Notes: generated from the letters alone by a model not told the origin. Counted from the first letter of the stretch, positions 12,569 through 26,600 are shown. The stretch: DNA of 64,000 nt from Marsupella aquatica (GCA_973895155.1 OZ316891.1:26901972-26965971), one strand, 5' to 3'. Translations and numbers: made by a program.

Positions 12569-15500
12569 CTACAATTTCTTAGGAGCCAGAGTAAAAGGAT
12601 CAATTGCAAATGCCATGCGTCGACTGGCAAATGCCAATGTGAAACGTTCATCCTCTGTTAACGGTCTTTCTATTACTTTAATACTGTTCAGCTCCTGCAA
12701 ACCAAGGAAGTCCAATTCAGACAGACATCGTAAGCATTTGAAAATTTTCCTGCCATTGCAATACTTCAGCAGTCTCCAACCAGCTGTCAAACTTAGTTCA
12801 AGTAGAATTTAACTTACACTCTGGGAAAGTGGTCTCAGTATGACTACCTTTATGTGTGGCCGGTGAGGAGTATCAAATTTTGTTGTTGCAACATCACCAA
12901 TCTTTATGACATTATTGATGTTACCCCACTGATCTCCTTCTGTGGGCAGACTGCTGGAATGTCGCCAATGACCACCAACTATGAACTTATAATTATATCT
13001 GCGAAAAAATAACATATCCTGACCTTAGTTCTCAGCATCAGATACGGAAAGATCTAGGAAAGACAAAACGAAATGCATGTGTTTGTTCAGTAGTAATACT
13101 GCATCCGTTGTCCTTGAGACAAACAAATGTTCCCGAATTGAACTTGAGCGAAACTCAAGGGTGGTCTAAATATCCTCCGGTCACCAGCCACTAACAAATA
13201 CAAGCCAGTTCCCTAGCACCACTGTTTCAAAGTAACCTCACACAAACTGGCCCCTTCGAAGCCAATTCAATTCAATTTGTGGCTTCGAATGCCTTTGGGT
13301 CAAATTACAATTTTGACCAATTTAATGATGGCGGTTTGTGCACATTGGCATATTTGCGTAGGCGTAAGAACTAAAAAATCAAACTCAACAATCCAGATAT
13401 TCTCCGACCATTCTCTTCTACTGAAATTATCAATTCTATGGATAAAGTCAGCTACCCCTACATTAAGAACTGGAAAAGAATTATAATCTGGAGTTCTGGA
13501 CTTTTCTCCCAAGTTATTGGTCCCTCAGTCAAACATGCACTCTTTTCCCCTTCAGATAAAAATGTATGTGCAGATAGTGACAGAAGTTGCAGTCGCTACT
13601 TTGTTACTTACTTTCCCTGAGGAAGACGAAGGTCAACAGTGTATTTTGGGCCACTGGCATGCACTGCTTTGATAGGCTCATTCCACCCTCCTTTAAACTC
13701 CCCAACGAGCAAAACTTCCTCTCCCTGGAACAATATTTTCGAATATAGTGCACCGTTAATAGCTTCACCAAAATTTCCGTTTCTACATCTCAAAAATTTT
13801 GCTTCGCATACATGCGACGTGAGATAATGAGATTACATCACAGGTAATATGGAGAAAATTCTAATTGACAACTGAAGGAGAAGATTCAGAATCATACATC
13901 TCTACAACCATGATTCCAGACAAACTGTACAGCATGAGTTGGTGGTCCTCTGTGGTCTTCTCTCTCAGCCATGGCAATCAAATCCCACGTTGCCCAAACT
14001 AGAGCTGGTCTGCAATCATCATCAAACCAAGACAACTAAATATTGTCCTATATCTCACTCTCAACCTAAGAAGTACTAAATTGGAACATACCTCAGATAT
14101 TTTCTCTATGAACTGCCACTTCATTCCAAGCATTCTAAAGGCGAGAACATCCTTGGGAAAACCCATCGAATTCAAGAGCAAAATCCGAAGCTTTCTAGAC
14201 AAGTTGGTAAAACAATATTTCTTACACCCTGTTTCAAGATGGCCCTTACCTATCTGGGCCACAGGGGTGTAGCTTTTTAATATAATCTACACCCTCTTGT
14301 AGAGCCACGTCTTGAATCCAATGCAAGTAAGCAATGACACAAGCAGGAGAGCGATCCAATCCTGTTGTGCAAGTGACATAGACTCGATGACCCTTGCGCA
14401 GTAATCGATATAAGACACCCACAGCAAATGGCAGCTTTCGCCTCAGGTCTACTGCATCAACATCCCTGGTTTTCATCGACAAATATTTCAACTCAGGCAA
14501 ACAGTACAAAGATCAACACGTTCACACATTTTGTTACCGGATCAAATCAAGTTTTCAAACCGCTTCAACTCTGTTGCCGTCCAACTCCCCTAGTACTAGC
14601 TTCCCTCTTCACCCTCAATACCCAATGACAAGGTTCTGGGTTAGTCCATGGTTCTCAAAAGCATACCTAATAGGACAGTTGACAACAACTAAACCTTCTT
14701 CACGTGCCAGTTTTGCGATAGCCTCTCCATCAATGCCCCAATTATCTTGCTCACGTTTTCTTTGCAAATTCAAAACAGCAGTGACGCCCTGTGTCAATGC
14801 AGTAATAGACGCATAAGTGAGCTGTGTCTGTGGAATTACAGAACTACATACGCCAAGTGATACAGTTTCATAAACCCCACAAGTAAACTGGTTTCAGTGT
14901 GCAACGCTGATCTTCTAAAGAAAAAACTGTAGAATCGGTTGGATCCCCTTTAATGGTACGTAAATCGAGGAGAAGATAGAAGTAGAGAATTACCAGCTTA
15001 TCCACAAGCCGATGAATATCATTTTCTTCTTGTATACATGACCCAACATAAATATTTTCAGTAATCTGCTCCCCATCAAGCATCTGTGTTAGCGACTACT
15101 CACTGATCGGTAATACAGTAAAGACGTGAGTAGACACAGGAAATGCGGTTTAAAATTTCATCAGGAGCAGCAGTTAGCCCATAAATGTGCTTGGCCATAC
15201 TAAGAGAAGGAATTGTCTAGATTCAAAGCCCAACTCAAATTCTGGTACTGCTAAAATAGTTGCCTTGACACAGTGACCAGAAACTCACCTTACTGTAATT
15301 CATTCCCAATGCTGGATTGTAGCAAAGATCGCTTTCAGCTCTTTCCAGGGCAATCTCATACTCCTGCTTGTTGTAGTTGCCATGAGTCCACTCGATGTTG
15401 TCCGACTCATCATCGGTATATAATCCTATTACCTCATCTGCATAGGGCAAACTTCTTTAAGGAGCTTGAGATCTTTGTTAGAATTATCTCCATGCGAGTT

Positions 15501-16983
15501 GTCTACCCTCCTGAGTTTGCAACACCGAGTGCTTTGGACACTAAAATTTTTCAGAAATACGTAACAAAACCTACGTTTCCATCTTATACCCTAAACCCAT
15601 CTTGTCTGTTTGAAAGCCGGTAAGGCGATATCAAATTGCTATTTTTTCAAGTTAGAATTGGCACAGGACCAACATTGAACGGAGGGTACCTTTAGTACTT
15701 ATTGAAAATCGAAACGAAGGCGATGATCTCTCAAATATCAGATTGATGTGCCCGTTGCGCTCCTTGATTGCCTTCCTGCTCTAATGCAACATAGAGTTCT
15801 AGGTTAGCAATGACTACACATTAAATCAATATCGTGTGAGCTAACGTACCTCACTACCTTGAAAATTGCGGTCCTAAATGATCTATGTTTCAGGGTTATC
15901 AATTGGTTAGCAAGTGGAACATTGCCCCAAAACAAGAGTTCTAGATACATCCCAGATGCGAAATCTGAAATTGCATGCAATAATTTGAGCTATGGTACAT
16001 ATAATGCCATACAAAAGCACACTTGGGCAACAAAAATGAAGAACTTACATTGCAGGTTCAAAGTCCTGAACGTCCACCATAGCATCACCAGACATGGCAC
16101 TTACTTTCTTCAAGACATCCCCAACCATTATCATGCGAGCCCTTTCACCATTACCCTGCCACCAAAAGCTTGCGCAGGATGAGGACCCAAAATTCCAAAC
16201 GAAAACACAAATCTGCAAGATCAAGTCAGCACAAGTATCTCCTTGACGCAAACTCAGAAAGTTCCACAACATGATCTGCTTCGGAACAGTTGTCTAATCG
16301 ATCGAAAAACGAAACCATCCTTGACAAAAAACAAGTGCATCATCATCGTGAGAAAGCACAGAGCCAATCCCTCTAAAATGTTGTCAGACTTCAAAACCAC
16401 TTCTACCTAAGAATGAATCAGACATGTTTCTTGTGGATGTGAATCATACATTTTTTGCGAGCGCATCCACATAGATCTTCCCGCTTGTTGTCTGTGCAAA
16501 GCGAATACCAGTAGGCTGGTCTAATGTGACCATATATTGATCCAGGTTCAATTTCGTAGGATTCTTCACCTCTCCTGCCATTGCATGCACTTTTCTTTCT
16601 TTCCCCTCTGTACTCACGTTCCCGGACACAGCTTTTCTCCAAGATACAGTCACAATTGCTTTCCCCCATATTGAACTTTGCAGCTCGTTCAAAGTTCCTC
16701 TGTATCGTACGCGGTCTCCGCCATCCGGAGCCACCAGAGACCGGGTTTGCAAGCTACTGATCAAGGTTCCATTCAAACACCGTCTGCCAAGAGGAACGAG
16801 GGCAATCTGCATTTTTGTGTTCAGTCTAGGTGCAACGAAACAAAAATTTGTTCTCAGGGGAACAGAAGAGCTTTTCGGGGAACTTCGTTTCTCAGACAGA
16901 CTTTCTCGATTGTAACCAGACCGTCCAAGTCTGTGGTTAAATGTCTGGATTCCCACGTTAGCAGCTGCAGCTTTCTCCATCAT
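12569..16983 (-). CDS. LSF1: Phosphoglucan phosphatase LSF1 (Like SEX4-1): transit peptide, PDZ-like, DSP, CBM48
   Basis: Eleven coding exons: 16983-16450, 16155-16049, 15775-15690, 15437-15289, 15065-14994, 14788-14667, 14465-14250, 14009-13898, 13724-13612, 12998-12848, 12694-12569, all GT-AG and in frame. Motifs: LNLDQYMVTLDQPTGIRFA (PDZ-like), YNPALGMNYSKITENIYVGSC, HRVYVTCTTGLDRSPACVIAYLHW (LSF1-type DSP loop), GEEVLLVGEFKGGWNEP (CBM48), C-terminal KVIERPLTEDERFTLAFASRRMAF. An acceptor AG directly before the ATG implies a 5' UTR intron. Confidence 0.95.
15438..15689 (-). other. LSF1 intron 3 (252 nt) containing decayed LSF1 coding sequence (intronized exon segment)
   Basis: Donor AAAG|GTACCC and acceptor TATGCAG|ATGAG join STK|DEVIG in frame. 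One internal frame reads PFNVGPVPILT*KNSNL...DGNVGFVTYF*KILVSKAL, resembling the recalled LSF1 linker FNRGRVPIATWNK..L...SGNSGFV.FSSKFL. Confidence 0.75.
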
Positions 16984-17953
16984 CTGTAAAAACCAGAACG
17001 ACAGATGAGGAATCCAATTTCGAATTTTTTTCCCTCCCTGTTCACCGCCACCTCCTCGTTGTCTCCAAAGGTTAGATACGACCCAAATGTCTCACTTGAT
17101 TTGGAAGCTAGGATGAAAAAACCGGGTGCTCTACATTACTAGTCTGAATTAGCTCACCAAACAGGACTCGAATTTGAATTTTGAATTATATTTTGATTGT
17201 GACAATGAAAACCCAGGAGACTATGGGCTGCAGCTCACCAAGCAGAGCAACACCAGAACCTAACAATTTCTCAAATTTTAGCTGGAGAACTCTGCGAAGG
17301 CGAAAAATGCCCGTCAAAACAGATTCGATCGCTGAGTAATCGAAATAATGGTAAATAAGAACCATTACAAAAGAAATCGAAAAGAAACCCCAGAAAATGA
17401 GTACGGACGGCTTCATACTTAGTTTGAGATTGAGGCAAACGAAGGACATCCAAACGAGGAAATTTGCATCGGACATAGAAGAATAAACTCGGTTTTGTTT
17501 TACAAATGAATTTCTTTGATGAGAGGCTTCTGCGGGTCATCGAAGGTCACCCACCTGAAGAAACGACCACCTCAGAATCCGAGGCTCACGCGAAGGAGGG
17601 GAATGGTGGCACTATACTCAACAAGAGCGAGAGAACCACAGCAAGAGTTTGCAAGCTTCAACATCAAAGTTCGAGTCAGTTCAAGGTTCTCATCTTTGCA
17701 CCTTCGTCCTGGTCCTGGTCCTGGTCTTCGTCGTCCTCTGCCGGGACCACCTTCTCTGAGAGGCAGGGGGGGAGAGCCATGTGACAGGGAGTGGACTCAG
17801 AGAACCACAGGGAAGGTACTATAGATCTATCCAACGGACCAAATTCTTCCTCACCATCCCTTACATTGCAAGTGCTAGGTACGGGTTATCTCTAGCTCTC
17901 ATTATTATAAAGTGTAGTACATTAATGGGCTTGAGTTACACAAAAGGTGCTAA

Positions 17954-18792
17954 GAGCACTCCCACTGGTGTCCGGTGAAGTGGCGAGTCCCTTTTGACAC
18001 ATGCAACCGGCCATGTTCCCAGCGCCGGTAGAATACCCCACTGGTTACCCACTAAAAATGCCGACCCATCCTTCACTGTTCCAGTTTGAACCAGGAACAC
18101 TGTTCAAACTTTCAAAATGAGAGTACACTGGGGCACGAATTCCACAAAGAACCAGTCAAAACCTCGACTCAAAATGTCCAAGAAACAATTTGATGCAAAA
18201 AGTGTGCTCTACTTCATGAGCATTTGCTATCAAACTATTCACAGGAGCAAGTGTGTTTTATTGAATTGGCGTCGCTTGTCACCAATGGATGGTATGGACT
18301 CTCATGGGCAATGGCGTGCCAAATTGAAGCCCTGTGACAATTGCTATGGCTCATTTTACAATTGCAAATCCCAAACTACGTACTTGCTATCTATGGAGAT
18401 TGAATCCAATCTCTACTAAAATTCCATCTCTCGATGCACTACAACATGTTTGATTAATCTCTCCACTTCCACACGACCCCATCATTGTCACAGGTAACAG
18501 CCTCTTGTCTCTCTGCTAAATTCCACCTCAAATCTCGCTTCTTCTCTGGTGCCTCTTCTTCTGCCAACATTTTGTCAAATGTTGCCTTGTGAATGAGCGG
18601 GAGATCAGTAAAGTATACATTGAACCCAAGAAATCCCTTGGGAGAAGCTGCTTCCGACTCATCAGCTGCCAATTCACAATCAACATTCACGCACAGGAGG
18701 GCCAGGTACTACGGGAGGTCCTGAAGCAATGGTATTGTCCTGGCCCTAGTCTGTTGTAGGAGGAGGCAACAAATCAGGAGAGCCTTGTGTTG

Positions 18793-18831
<39 letters not shown>

Positions 18832-19618
18832 GACTTGCTGCATCACAATTCTAAAGTGGACCTGCAGCATGGGACTTGGACCAAGCAATTCTGGTGGGGG
18901 AGGGATTGTGGAAGACGAATGCAAATGAGGTGGGAAGATTGCAATGCAAACAATGAAAACACCCAAGGAGTATTAAAGAGACTTCCTTTTGCAAGCAGAG
19001 CCAAGAGGCTCGGGGAGTCACTATATGGAGGGTTACACATCGTGTGCAACGTTTTAGGGTGTGACCCCCCTAATTTATAAGTGAAAAATATTTTTTTGCA
19101 AAACTCTTTCTTTCTTTAAAATTTGTCATTTTTTACTGAAAAACCCCTAAAAAAATTTAAGAAAGTATTTTTTAATAGACCTATGTGTTTTTTACAGTCG
19201 ACCAGTCACAAAAAATGCCCTATGTGTTCTTCCACCAAACTTTGTAAGTATTTCGTCACACCCATTTAAATGGGTCTATACTTTGTCGTACGTGATGTGA
19301 CACTTCCGTGGAAGTGAGCCCGCCCACGCCCAACGTCTGTGCCTGTACTTAACATTGATGGGACCTGGGACTGTCCCAGGCAATTCTGAGCCAATAGATT
19401 GATTATCCAACAATGGATCTTGGCCGTTCACATAGATGGCGGGCAAGCCCAGGGCCACTTCCCGCCTGCTTCTGGAGCGTAGGAGTGTTGTGGGAGGATT
19501 GAAAAGAGGCAGGCCTGGGCGACCCATTTAGTGATAGCGGGGTGCGGTGGGAATGCTTTTTTTCCCGGACGCCAAAGTCATTCTGGCCAGTTGGTTTATT
19601 GGACCGGTGGGAGTGCTC
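17954..19618. mobile_element. Non-autonomous PIF/Harbinger (Tourist-like) DNA transposon, ~1.67 kb
   Basis: TIRs GAGCACTCCCACTGG (from 17954) and CCGGTGGGAGTGCTC (ending 19618), 14/15 match, flanked on both sides by TAA (17951-17953 and 19619-19621). No transposase ORF recognised. Confidence 0.82.
18796..18828. repeat. (TA)n microsatellite
   Basis: Uninterrupted TA run inside the PIF-like element. Confidence 0.95.
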
Positions 19619-22600
19619 TAAGTGCTCCACTTTTTATGGTGAGACACTCTTCACCACAAAACATGACTGAGAAGTAGAGAGGGAGGGAACACAGCTTTTA
19701 TAGGGGCAGCTGTGATTTAAGCCCCTTTCTGGCATTTTGTTGCCTCCCCTAAAATTGGAATCTGAAGCCCCCATGGACCACAAGGTTGGCCTTTGAAACC
19801 CCATGGACCACATTTCCCAAAGTTTGAGTTTAATTGGAACAACTTCATATTCATATAATCAAATTTTTTTAGTTTTGGGGATATGCTAGAGGAGTAGGTA
19901 ACTAAGCTGCACTCCCATTAAACTTACATTGGATTTTTGGCCATTTTGGTTGATTTCTTCATCATAACATGGGGTAAATTCTATTAGATTAATTTTCATT
20001 GTGTTAATATGAAATATTTGGGATTGTGTTTTTTCTGTGTACTCCCTCTCTAGTTGCTTTGCAGATGCAAACTAGAAACAAGTTTAGGGCTCATGATCAT
20101 CAAGTTATGAGCCCCAAACTCCCATGGACCACCAAAATGTACTCCATGGGGAGCCCAGTCCTGGCTTTCATTTAGGTATTAGTTTTTTGGATATATATCT
20201 TACCTATATTTCAGAACTTGCGATAAATTGCTTTAACATAAGATGGTTGCCTGCTGTCTATTTCTCCCCTTAAATTGATTTGGAATATATTTCTTAAGTA
20301 AGTGCTCTGCTTTTTCACCAAAAACTACAGCAGAAACTGTACAGCCTTGAAGAGTCCCTCCCCCCCCCCAAAAAAAACTACAGTGGCAAGTGTCATGATT
20401 TTCCCCTTTTTTGAGAAAAAGACTTGATGGCCCCCCTCCAGGGGACCAAACCCCTGACAAGATCCCTTCTTTTGAAAGGGACTTATTGGGGCCCATAATC
20501 CCTGCAGCCCATGCACATTCCCTGCAACCCAGCCTCTCTAACCCCTGTAATTTTCCACGGCCAACCAGCCTAGTACTTGTAGTCTCCTTGACCGCCTGTT
20601 TTTCAGGGTTTTCTTTGTTTTCCATAGTCGTGAATGTGACTTGTTGTGGAAGTAGAAGATACTAAGATTATTCCTCATATATGTTTCTTTGATTAATTTA
20701 TGACCATTAGATCTCCCAAGATTTGAGGCAACTGCAGCGTCACTTTTTACTGGTCACCACCTGCCAGGAAACTAACCCAGGGGGGTTCTGGTTTGAGACA
20801 GGCCACAACACCCACACATAAGTTAACCTAACATCAGTAGGGCCCCGACCAATTATGGGTGTGGACACCAATGCCCTGACTGTACAATTTAGTGGCACAA
20901 TATCCCATGACCCAAACCATAGCATTCAGGGCACAAACAGCCACTGGGGAAGGGGATGTTTGAGATGTCCTAGTGCAACCCAAAAACTTTCCTGCCTGCT
21001 TCTAGCTGCTGTAGTTAAACCAAAAGAAATTGGGGTCTACACCAAGATGGGTCCACACCAAATATCTCTCATGCTTCCTTTTTCCAGTAAGATACAATTG
21101 GGTAATGGGTACCAGCCAGCACATGTACCTTGCACCCTGGAAGCAAGGAAGATCAGTGTGAATGTAGGAAGGCTCTTTCTACCTTGGCCAAGAAAAAAAT
21201 TCCATTGGTCTGAAAGTGGAAAACAATTATCATTGCTCATGGAAAATGTGTGGGCGTTTAAGTCAGAAAGTTCTTGGTTTACCGTGGCCAAGAAAAAAGT
21301 ACATGAACTACCAGAGTGAGACCTATGTGATCGCCCTCAATGTGTACGCCACTCAAGCAATGGCAAAATAACCTTAGTGATCATCCATGCTTGCTTCCAA
21401 TGTTGGAACGACCTGTATGATCATCCACATCATGAAAGGGAAATGTCTATGAACATAGTTAGGTACTGTCAGATTTGACGGGGAAAGACCATGAAACATT
21501 TAAAGTAAAGCTTTTAGGGACCCCTTATGTGGAGCTCAGTTTTCGAGCTTCAACCAAGAATGTCCAACAGGTTAGGGAAAGAGAAAATAGCGCAACCTTT
21601 TTACCTTCTTGAGAACATTAATGACCGGGTTTTCAGTAACGAGGGTCCACCCGTTGCTTCGGGGATGGTGGGGGGGTTAAAGGCGTCGTGTATGTGTGCA
21701 GCCCTTGTGTTTACGGACTTCAAGTGAAAGGGTGGCATTCTAACATTGATGAATCCAAACCTTTAACTGAACAGGTGGCATTCCAATATTGAGTAAGATT
21801 TTATGCCTCAGCTCCTCCTTAGGCAAGCCTAACCGAACAGGTGGCATTCCAATATTGAGTAAGATTTTAATTCCTCGGCTCCTCTTTAGGCAAGCCTGAC
21901 AGCTTACGTGATGGATAACCAAGGGCAGGGGTCAGAACTTCGAGTCCCGAGCGTTGAAAATTGAATAGAACAAAAAGAAAGTTCACTTATATGGCAAAGA
22001 ACACATTTTGTGGAGAATCAAAATCGCTTTTTCCCAACAATTTAGGAGTGGTAAGGGAAGGTGAAGGAAGGGCCCAACAATTTAGGAGTGCCCTTAGTTT
22101 AGGAGTGCTGCATGCAATAACTGAGTCCTAAGGGCAGTAAAAGAAAGGGCGCTTCACGTGCAAGACGACCCTAAGACATGCTCTGTTGTGCAAATCTTGA
22201 GACCAATTGCGAACAGCGACATAGTAGTCATAGCAAGAAGTGGGCTCAACAACATTGGGACATGATACCAGAGCCTTCAATTCGCCAGCCCCATATCCCA
22301 ACATGAAAGCATAGGCAGCGGTGGGCTCAAGAAGAGTTGACACAACGTAGAACATTGGAGTCCTTCCCAATTCTGTAATCAAAGCCTAGCCTATCCAAGA
22401 TTCCACACTTCCGTGGTTGGGCTCAAGAAGAATGGGACTGCGTGGGACCATGGAGTCTCCCCATTCTGTAATCAAAGCCAAGTCAAACTAAGATTCATCT
22501 CCAAAGCAATATCTCAGGTTGGGCAGATTAGACACAAGAATGACCATTAGGCATTCAACCCCTGGGAAGGGGCATGCCCCACAATGGAACACAACCAAGG

Positions 22601-23647
22601 TCTGTCCTGAATAATAACTCTGACCTGGATATAGAGTAAGGTCTATATCCACTTTTAAGCCCCATGGAACGATTGCCACACCACAACCAATGATTGTGCT
22701 CACTACAAAGGTTCTTATGAAGTGTTCCTAGAAATGAATCTGGGTGAGTTCCTCGCCCATGGGACCTCCAAGGCACGCGAAAATGATAAGTATTGAGTAC
22801 CGAATATCCAGTGTGAATAACCAGTCTGAGTGAATGTCTTGCGAAAAAGACCATTCGACTCAGCTATCAAACACATTAGAGTAACTCGTCCCAAAAGAGA
22901 CGACCACGTAAGCTCCTAGACCATACACCTTAGAAACGAAGCGAGACACTGGAGGATTTCACTGTGCCTAGCTTGGAAAAGTGCAGCAGTAGTTTAGGCA
23001 CCAAGGAATCTCAACTAGGTAGAAAAACAAACTCCTTACTGAACACACAACGGAATATCACCTTGAAATAACACCAGATTTCTGCCTCGTCTATCCACAT
23101 TACTCTAAAGATTTTGACCCAACCCAGAAGACAAGAACACAGAATACACGCACAGTAGACTAAACAGGCTTAAAGAAAACGTTCGGTAAGCTGAATCCCG
23201 GATGGATCCTCACACGCAATCGTGTTCATGTTAAAGGAGAACGCCAATCCAAGTGTGGACAAAGACGTGGACTAATAATTTATCAAGTGATCACTTTCCC
23301 TCAGTAAAATGGATCCCTCCTGCTTGATGACAACCTAGCCGGCAGTATCAGATAAGATCAGTGAGGTAATCTGCCGAAAACATCTTTTACTTTCGACTGT
23401 AACAAACCTAAAATGTGTTGTTACAAGGCACATGAAGGATATGAGACAATGCCCAGAAATTTTCAAGTGATGATGCCTCTCCTTGCTCTTGCCAAGAACC
23501 TAACTAGTGTACATTACGAATCTCAAAAGACGATGCCGCAGGTGGTACCTTTGACCAGCCGTGAACTCAACTGCCATGCTACGCTACGAACAGTCCCTCA
23601 GTTATGCAACCGCCTAACTCGCTGTCTGGAATCAAAAATTACTGTGT

Positions 23648-26600
23648 TCAGGCGACTACAATCCCGGCTCGTTGATAGACAGCTCCTGTTCGAAGCTCTT
23701 CTAGACTGTCAATATCCCTCAAGCCTCCCACTTCCCGAAGTCCTGCCCAGCCTCGCCGTGTCAAAAACTCACGGAAATCCTCCTCGCTGTAAAGAGTCTT
23801 GCTCTCAGCAGTGCCTGTCAGATGTTCTCCCTCATAGGAACAGATTTTGACAGTAATACCTGTACAGAACAACATCACCAACACCGTTTTTACCTTCTAC
23901 ATGGGGTTGTGTAACACTGAACATGAATTATGCACTTTCCACTGAAAAGTTCCAAGACAACACTAAAAACCAAAATATGCCACCGCAAAGGTACATTTCC
24001 ATCCGGCCAAACCTCATAAAGCGTCAGCATTTGCTCATAATGACGACGCTTACCTGGATCAAGATTGAGTGTATATTCTCCCGGGGGCATGTCACGACTA
24101 AGGGTTTGCACAACTCCTTCCTCATCCTCCAGCCAAAATCCTCGTTTGGAGCGCAATCCAAACGCTGTCTTTATGGACTCTTTGATGGATTCAAATGGTC
24201 CATCAATCCGAACCCTTCGTGCTATATCTCCATATTTGACCACAACAATTTTTCCCGAAGAGGCACCTGCTGACCTCCTTTCTCCTCCTGCTTCACAACC
24301 TAGATACATCAATGCAAACTATCCACACGTCCAGAAAAGTCTACCGCAAGATCTCTTTCTCGACCAGATTCCTGTTAAGAAAATTTGAAAAACTAATTCT
24401 ACTCTGCCCCTAAATCAAGGTGTACGAATACCTACGGCAAGTGATAACTGTGTCAAATAAAATCTCAGGGAGTAAAACCAACACCTTCATGATCTATACG
24501 GCTTGAACTGTTAGCCCTACAACTTGAGTGCCTCACCTCAAAAATCGCCCGTTCATCGTGTCAGTATTTTTAACCCTAACAGCGTAACGACCACAGCCTA
24601 CTTGGAAAAGATAAAAAGCAGGGTGACTAATCCCGTCCTAAGACGTGGCAACAGAGCAAGCTCCCACATAGCAATATTGAACTACAAAGGCTCTGCACTC
24701 CATAATTTTTGTCAAGGAACCGGGAAGTTGTTTGGCTAAACTCGTAGAGCTCGACTCGAGTTGTTGACATTGGGGAAAACTTGATTCCTTGGACCTTCGG
24801 ATGTGGAAGTGGTCTTAAGGTCCGTGATGCTGGCACATTTTCTTGCTGGCAAGACCTAATTTGCGGGTGTAAGACAAGGTATAAACTTGCATGCAGAGAC
24901 GGATTTAAGCGCATAAAAACACATGGCTTCTTCTGGGCCGAAAATCACCATTAAGTGGAGCGGTTGCATCACTCTGGTTCACCCAGTTGCTGGGGGTTTC
25001 CACATGGCGCCCACCGGCCGGACCTTGATGGGGTAAACCCAATACCACCTCAGGACCCACATTGGTGGCCGACCGGTGGAGCCCTGTAAAAAATCCAGAA
25101 CTCGTTCATAGTCAGTCCCCAAGAGAATACGCTAACCACAAAGTAGGTCGTATCGAGATCTAATCAATTGCCATGTGCACAACAAGTAAGAGTGAACTAG
25201 GAGGATGACAGGAACATGAAGTTGAGAACATACCATTCGAATTTGTATCCCTCCAGTTCCACTGAGCCTGCGGTGGAGTAGTTCCATTGGCAGGCATAAT
25301 ACCACTTTGCACCATGGCATCAGTGGAAGGAATAGCTGTAGCATGGCTATCATTGTCCAGTCGCCGCTCAAGATTCAGTGCAGATCGAGTGGTCACTGCC
25401 AATGATAAACAACCCACAACTAAAGATTCAGACAAACCAAATACAAGTGGGCCTGGACAACAACCCTTCGCAAACAACGAGATACCTTTAACAGGATGCA
25501 AGCAAAAGAACGAAGGAGATAAAAGCAGCTTTGCAACGGGTAACACGTGATGATGGAAGTTCAGACATTAAAGAAAACCGCAAAAAAGAGTTCATAAGGA
25601 AACCTTCACTACACATTTTACTTTGCTGTGAACATTCGTCGCCATTTCTGCGAATCACGAAGTCAAAACGTAGAGCACACACAAGCTGTTTGATCACCCA
25701 GCTTACCGTATACTTTCTTGACAGACGAACTATAGGTTCCAATAATATGTGTCGTTAAGGATAACGTTTACAAAGACTTGTTTGGGGAAACTTCTTACAC
25801 TTTGGCTCAGGGAACACTTTCTTCCGGATGGAGAAAATCCTAAGTGACTGTCAATCTTCAGGACCGCAGTGCGACAGTAATTAACAAACGGAAATTCTAA
25901 AGATATGAAGTACATTTCTCCTTGGGAACGACAATCGATTCCGTCACTCACAGCCACAAAAGGCGAATATTCGACTTAGACAAACTAAGCCTACAAGCAC
26001 TTGCGAGACAAAAATGAAACAAAAGACTCAAACGAAGGAAATTCCCCGATAAAACAAAGGAAAACTGAACACCAACTCTCCGTAAAATGATGACACCACA
26101 TACAACTGCGCCTGTTTACAACAGGCATTATCACATGGGCACATCTTTTCTGAACAGAGACTGACCAAGGGATTAAATAAGCAGAGGTTCAGGACAAAGG
26201 ATTGTCAGAAAGTCATACTCTGGGAATGGAAGAAAAACGACATCCCAGTTTTAGACAACTGACGTCACAACGTCAGGAATGCACAGCAATGAAGCTAGGA
26301 TCGTAAAAGCCTCAGAGGCCCTCCACTAGACACTATTATCCACATCAGTTCACTATAACTTGATCTCGCAAAACAGCAGCACGTCACAGAACGTACTCAT
26401 GAAGTAGCTCGATCAACGTTCAATTTCACAACGACATATAAATTCGAAAGGGAATGCGAAAAGCGAAAATTACTAGATAGCGCGAGCAAACTGGCTTGCC
26501 ATCTCATGAAACACCACCCAGGCCTACCGTTTAGTTTGTTGAAACCATCGAAACCACCGGAACCATCGCCTCCCACCAACATTTGCAGAAAACTCTCTCC

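Noticed and set aside
15438-15689. Stop-codon readthrough, RNA editing or pseudogene as explanation for the in-frame stops in LSF1
   Set aside because: The stops are of all three types and come with frame offsets, this is nuclear DNA, and an in-frame GT-AG pair removes all of them while the other exons are intact.
19057-19263. Small nested MITE with GGGTGTGAC/GTCACACCC ends
   Set aside because: Only a 9-bp inverted match and no TSD; too weak to call.
20233-21500. ORFs of 84-154 aa suggesting a transposase fragment
   Set aside because: No diagnostic DDE or other motif, and no splice-consistent gene model.
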